Source: an uncultured Nitrospinota bacterium
GTDB lineage: Bacteria; Tectomicrobia; Entotheonellia; J063; CAVPRW01
Direction: 5' to 3'
Assembly (NCBI GenBank): GCA_963707985.1
Contig: CAVPRW010000007.1
Span: forward strand, 64,001 to 128,000
Length of the DNA: 64,000 bases
Both the position numbers and the translations under genes were made by a program. Each line of letters begins with the position of its first letter. Positions within the stretch are counted from its first letter, which is position 1. This document shows, in pieces, positions 62,386-64,000 of the stretch. The notes under the pieces are model-generated. The model was not told the DNA's origin and searched no databases. It saw nothing but the letters and a program-made list of their open reading frames with translations.

Positions 62386-64000
62386 ATGATGAACGATCCA
62401 TGGGAATCCGTGTGGGAGCACGTCCGTGCAGGCAGGCACGCTATCGTACTCGGCTCGAGTGCGCTGCCAGCGGGACCAAGTGACCTGAAGGTCGTCCGAG
62501 TCAGTTGTGAGGCCACAGGCCCGAGTGGAGGAGCTCTGGATACGGCACGCCGTAAGGTGATGCAACTCCTCGGCGAAGATCTGCTGCCCTCCGGCCCGAC
62601 TCCCAATCAGCTCGAAGCAGGGTTTCGCCGTCGGGTTCTGGGTGACCTGCCAGGCCCACCCCTGGAAGCCCAGGTGGTGGACGTGTGCAATCAGCTCGCC
62701 GAGCGCACGGGTGGGCGAGCGACGCTGATGTTTGAATCCATTGATGCCGCCGACGTGGCAACACTGGAGAGCCTCGCCCGCATTCTAGGGCGCCCGGGGT
62801 GGTTGCGATTGCCATTACTCCTGACCCTGCGCGGCGTGCCACAGGGACCGGTCGAGGAACTCATCAAGCTGATACGTCAAGGCTATGCCGAAGCGGGTAT
62901 CTTTGAGATGAACGAGCCTGCTCCTGCTGATCAGGAAACAGCGTCCTTCACATGGACGGCATTGCCCCCTGACGTGCTTCGTGTGCTCCGTGCGGCATCG
63001 ATGTTCGGGCCCACGTTCGAAGCCGACATGGTTGCCAGGCTGTTGGATGAGTCCTTAGGAGCGGTGTTGGAAAGACTCCAAAGGGCGGCCGACGTGGGTG
63101 CCCCGCTTGCCGACCGAGGAGAAGGACAATTTTCGCTGCCGCCGGATACGATCAGGGCGCTTCAGAGTCGAATGTTGCCCTCACTTCTCACCTTCTGGCA
63201 CTCACGCCTCGGCGAACTCTTCAGCGGTGCAAGACGCGTGGGAAGCACGGCGACACCGGCACAGTATGAGGAGGGTCTACGGCGCCGCGAGGCGGGACCG
63301 GATGCGCGCCAGCAGATGTCAGAGCCAATAGAGACCTTGGTCGACATACCAAAGAGAGCACCTGAGACAGCACCTGCGGCCGAAGTCGCGAGCGCTCACC
63401 CTCGTGCAAGCTACTCATCCCTGTTCGAACCGGAGGAGCGCGCTGGGGCGCCAAGCCAGCCGACACAGCAGGAGGCGGCACCAGCAGTGGCTGCTGGTAT
63501 CAGTGGGCGGGCATCCAGACCGCGCCAGAGAGCTATGGAACCAGTGCCCCCGTCACGCCTGCCAGAAGATCAGACACGAGCAGCCGCCCATCTGCAGGCA
63601 GCCGGTCAAACCGAGGCTGCTGTTCAGCAGTACCTCGCGGCCGTTCGCGACGTGGCATCGCGTGGAGATACTCACCGCGCCTATGGCCTGGTAGAGCAAG
63701 GGTTGAAGTTGCTAGAGGATCTTCCGGTGTCGCCCCGACGTGCCCTACTGCGAGCCCAACTCTTGATCGAGAGAGGGGCCTTGCAATGGCGTGGGGCTTT
63801 GATTGGTGCGCCATTTACGTTGCAACAGGCGTTGGTATCGCTCGAGACGGCCAGGTCAGCTCTACCCAACGATGTGCCCCCTGACATAGTCGGACGCCTC
63901 GCCGCGACCATCGCTGGGGTATGTTATGACTTGGGCGATCTGGACTCCCTGCAACGGGCGCTCGGTGAGTTGGTGGAGGCCAGCCGCCAACTGCTCGAAG
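62386..64000 (+). CDS. Large hypothetical protein (degenerate STAND-ATPase/TPR-like), runs off the window; absent from the ORF track
   Basis: Manually open frame from ATG 62386; LMFESIDAAD, VLRAASMFGPTF, WHSRLGE, TPR-like C-terminal helices. Confidence 0.65.
   Translation, partial: MMNDPWESVWEHVRAGRHAIVLGSSALPAGPSDLKVVRVSCEATGPSGGALDTARRKVMQLLGEDLLPSGPTPNQLEAGFRRRVLGDLPGPPLEAQVVDVCNQLAERTGGRATLMFESIDAADVATLESLARILGRPGWLRLPLLLTLRGVPQGPVEELIKLIRQGYAEAGIFEMNEPAPADQETASFTWTALPPDVLRVLRAASMFGPTFEADMVARLLDESLGAVLERLQRAADVGAPLADRGEGQFSLPPDTIRALQSRMLPSLLTFWHSRLGELFSGARRVGSTATPAQYEEGLRRREAGPDARQQMSEPIETLVDIPKRAPETAPAAEVASAHPRASYSSLFEPEERAGAPSQPTQQEAAPAVAAGISGRASRPRQRAMEPVPPSRLPEDQTRAAAHLQAAGQTEAAVQQYLAAVRDVASRGDTHRAYGLVEQGLKLLEDLPVSPRRALLRAQLLIERGALQWRGALIGAPFTLQQALVSLETARSALPNDVPPDIVGRLAATIAGVCYDLGDLDSLQRALGELVEASRQLLE

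Noticed and set aside
1..64000. CRISPR array, rRNA or tRNA genes
   Set aside because: No regularly spaced direct repeats or recognisable structural RNA signatures seen by eye

Overview
GC-rich bacterial window. The gene and IS repertoire resembles Ca. Tectomicrobia/Entotheonella-like lineages (inference only). (1) 1-14 kb is the 3' part of a PfaA/HglE-like iterative type I PKS lipid cluster: KR-DH, KS-AT-DH-PPTase-like, ACP, phosphodiesterase, hydrolase, beta-propeller and B12 radical SAM. (2) 14-19.5 kb holds a BNR-repeat protein, an amidase with a small partner, an IS110 remnant, a DUF433/PIN TA pair and a patatin fragment. (3) 19.6-33.4 kb is a respiratory island: PPi-PFK, ba3-type oxidase, USP and a TAT-exported nxrABC+TorD operon resembling the Nitrotoga-type periplasmic nitrite oxidoreductase, behind sigma-54-type promoters and paired 17-bp palindromes. 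(4) 33.6-40 kb holds an LLM, a CBS protein, aprBA, an amidohydrolase and a thiol dioxygenase. (5) 40-48 kb is an IS graveyard (IS91, IS110, IS701-like, IS630) containing a likely CxxU selenoprotein split by an in-frame TGA and a TIR-TPR gene. (6) 48-52 kb is an oxygenase cluster. (7) 52.8-64 kb holds a sigma-54 two-component system, a glycosyltransferase, a collapsed POR operon, CBS and cytochrome c genes. Many single-base frameshifts look like assembly errors. No rRNA, tRNA or CRISPR array was seen.
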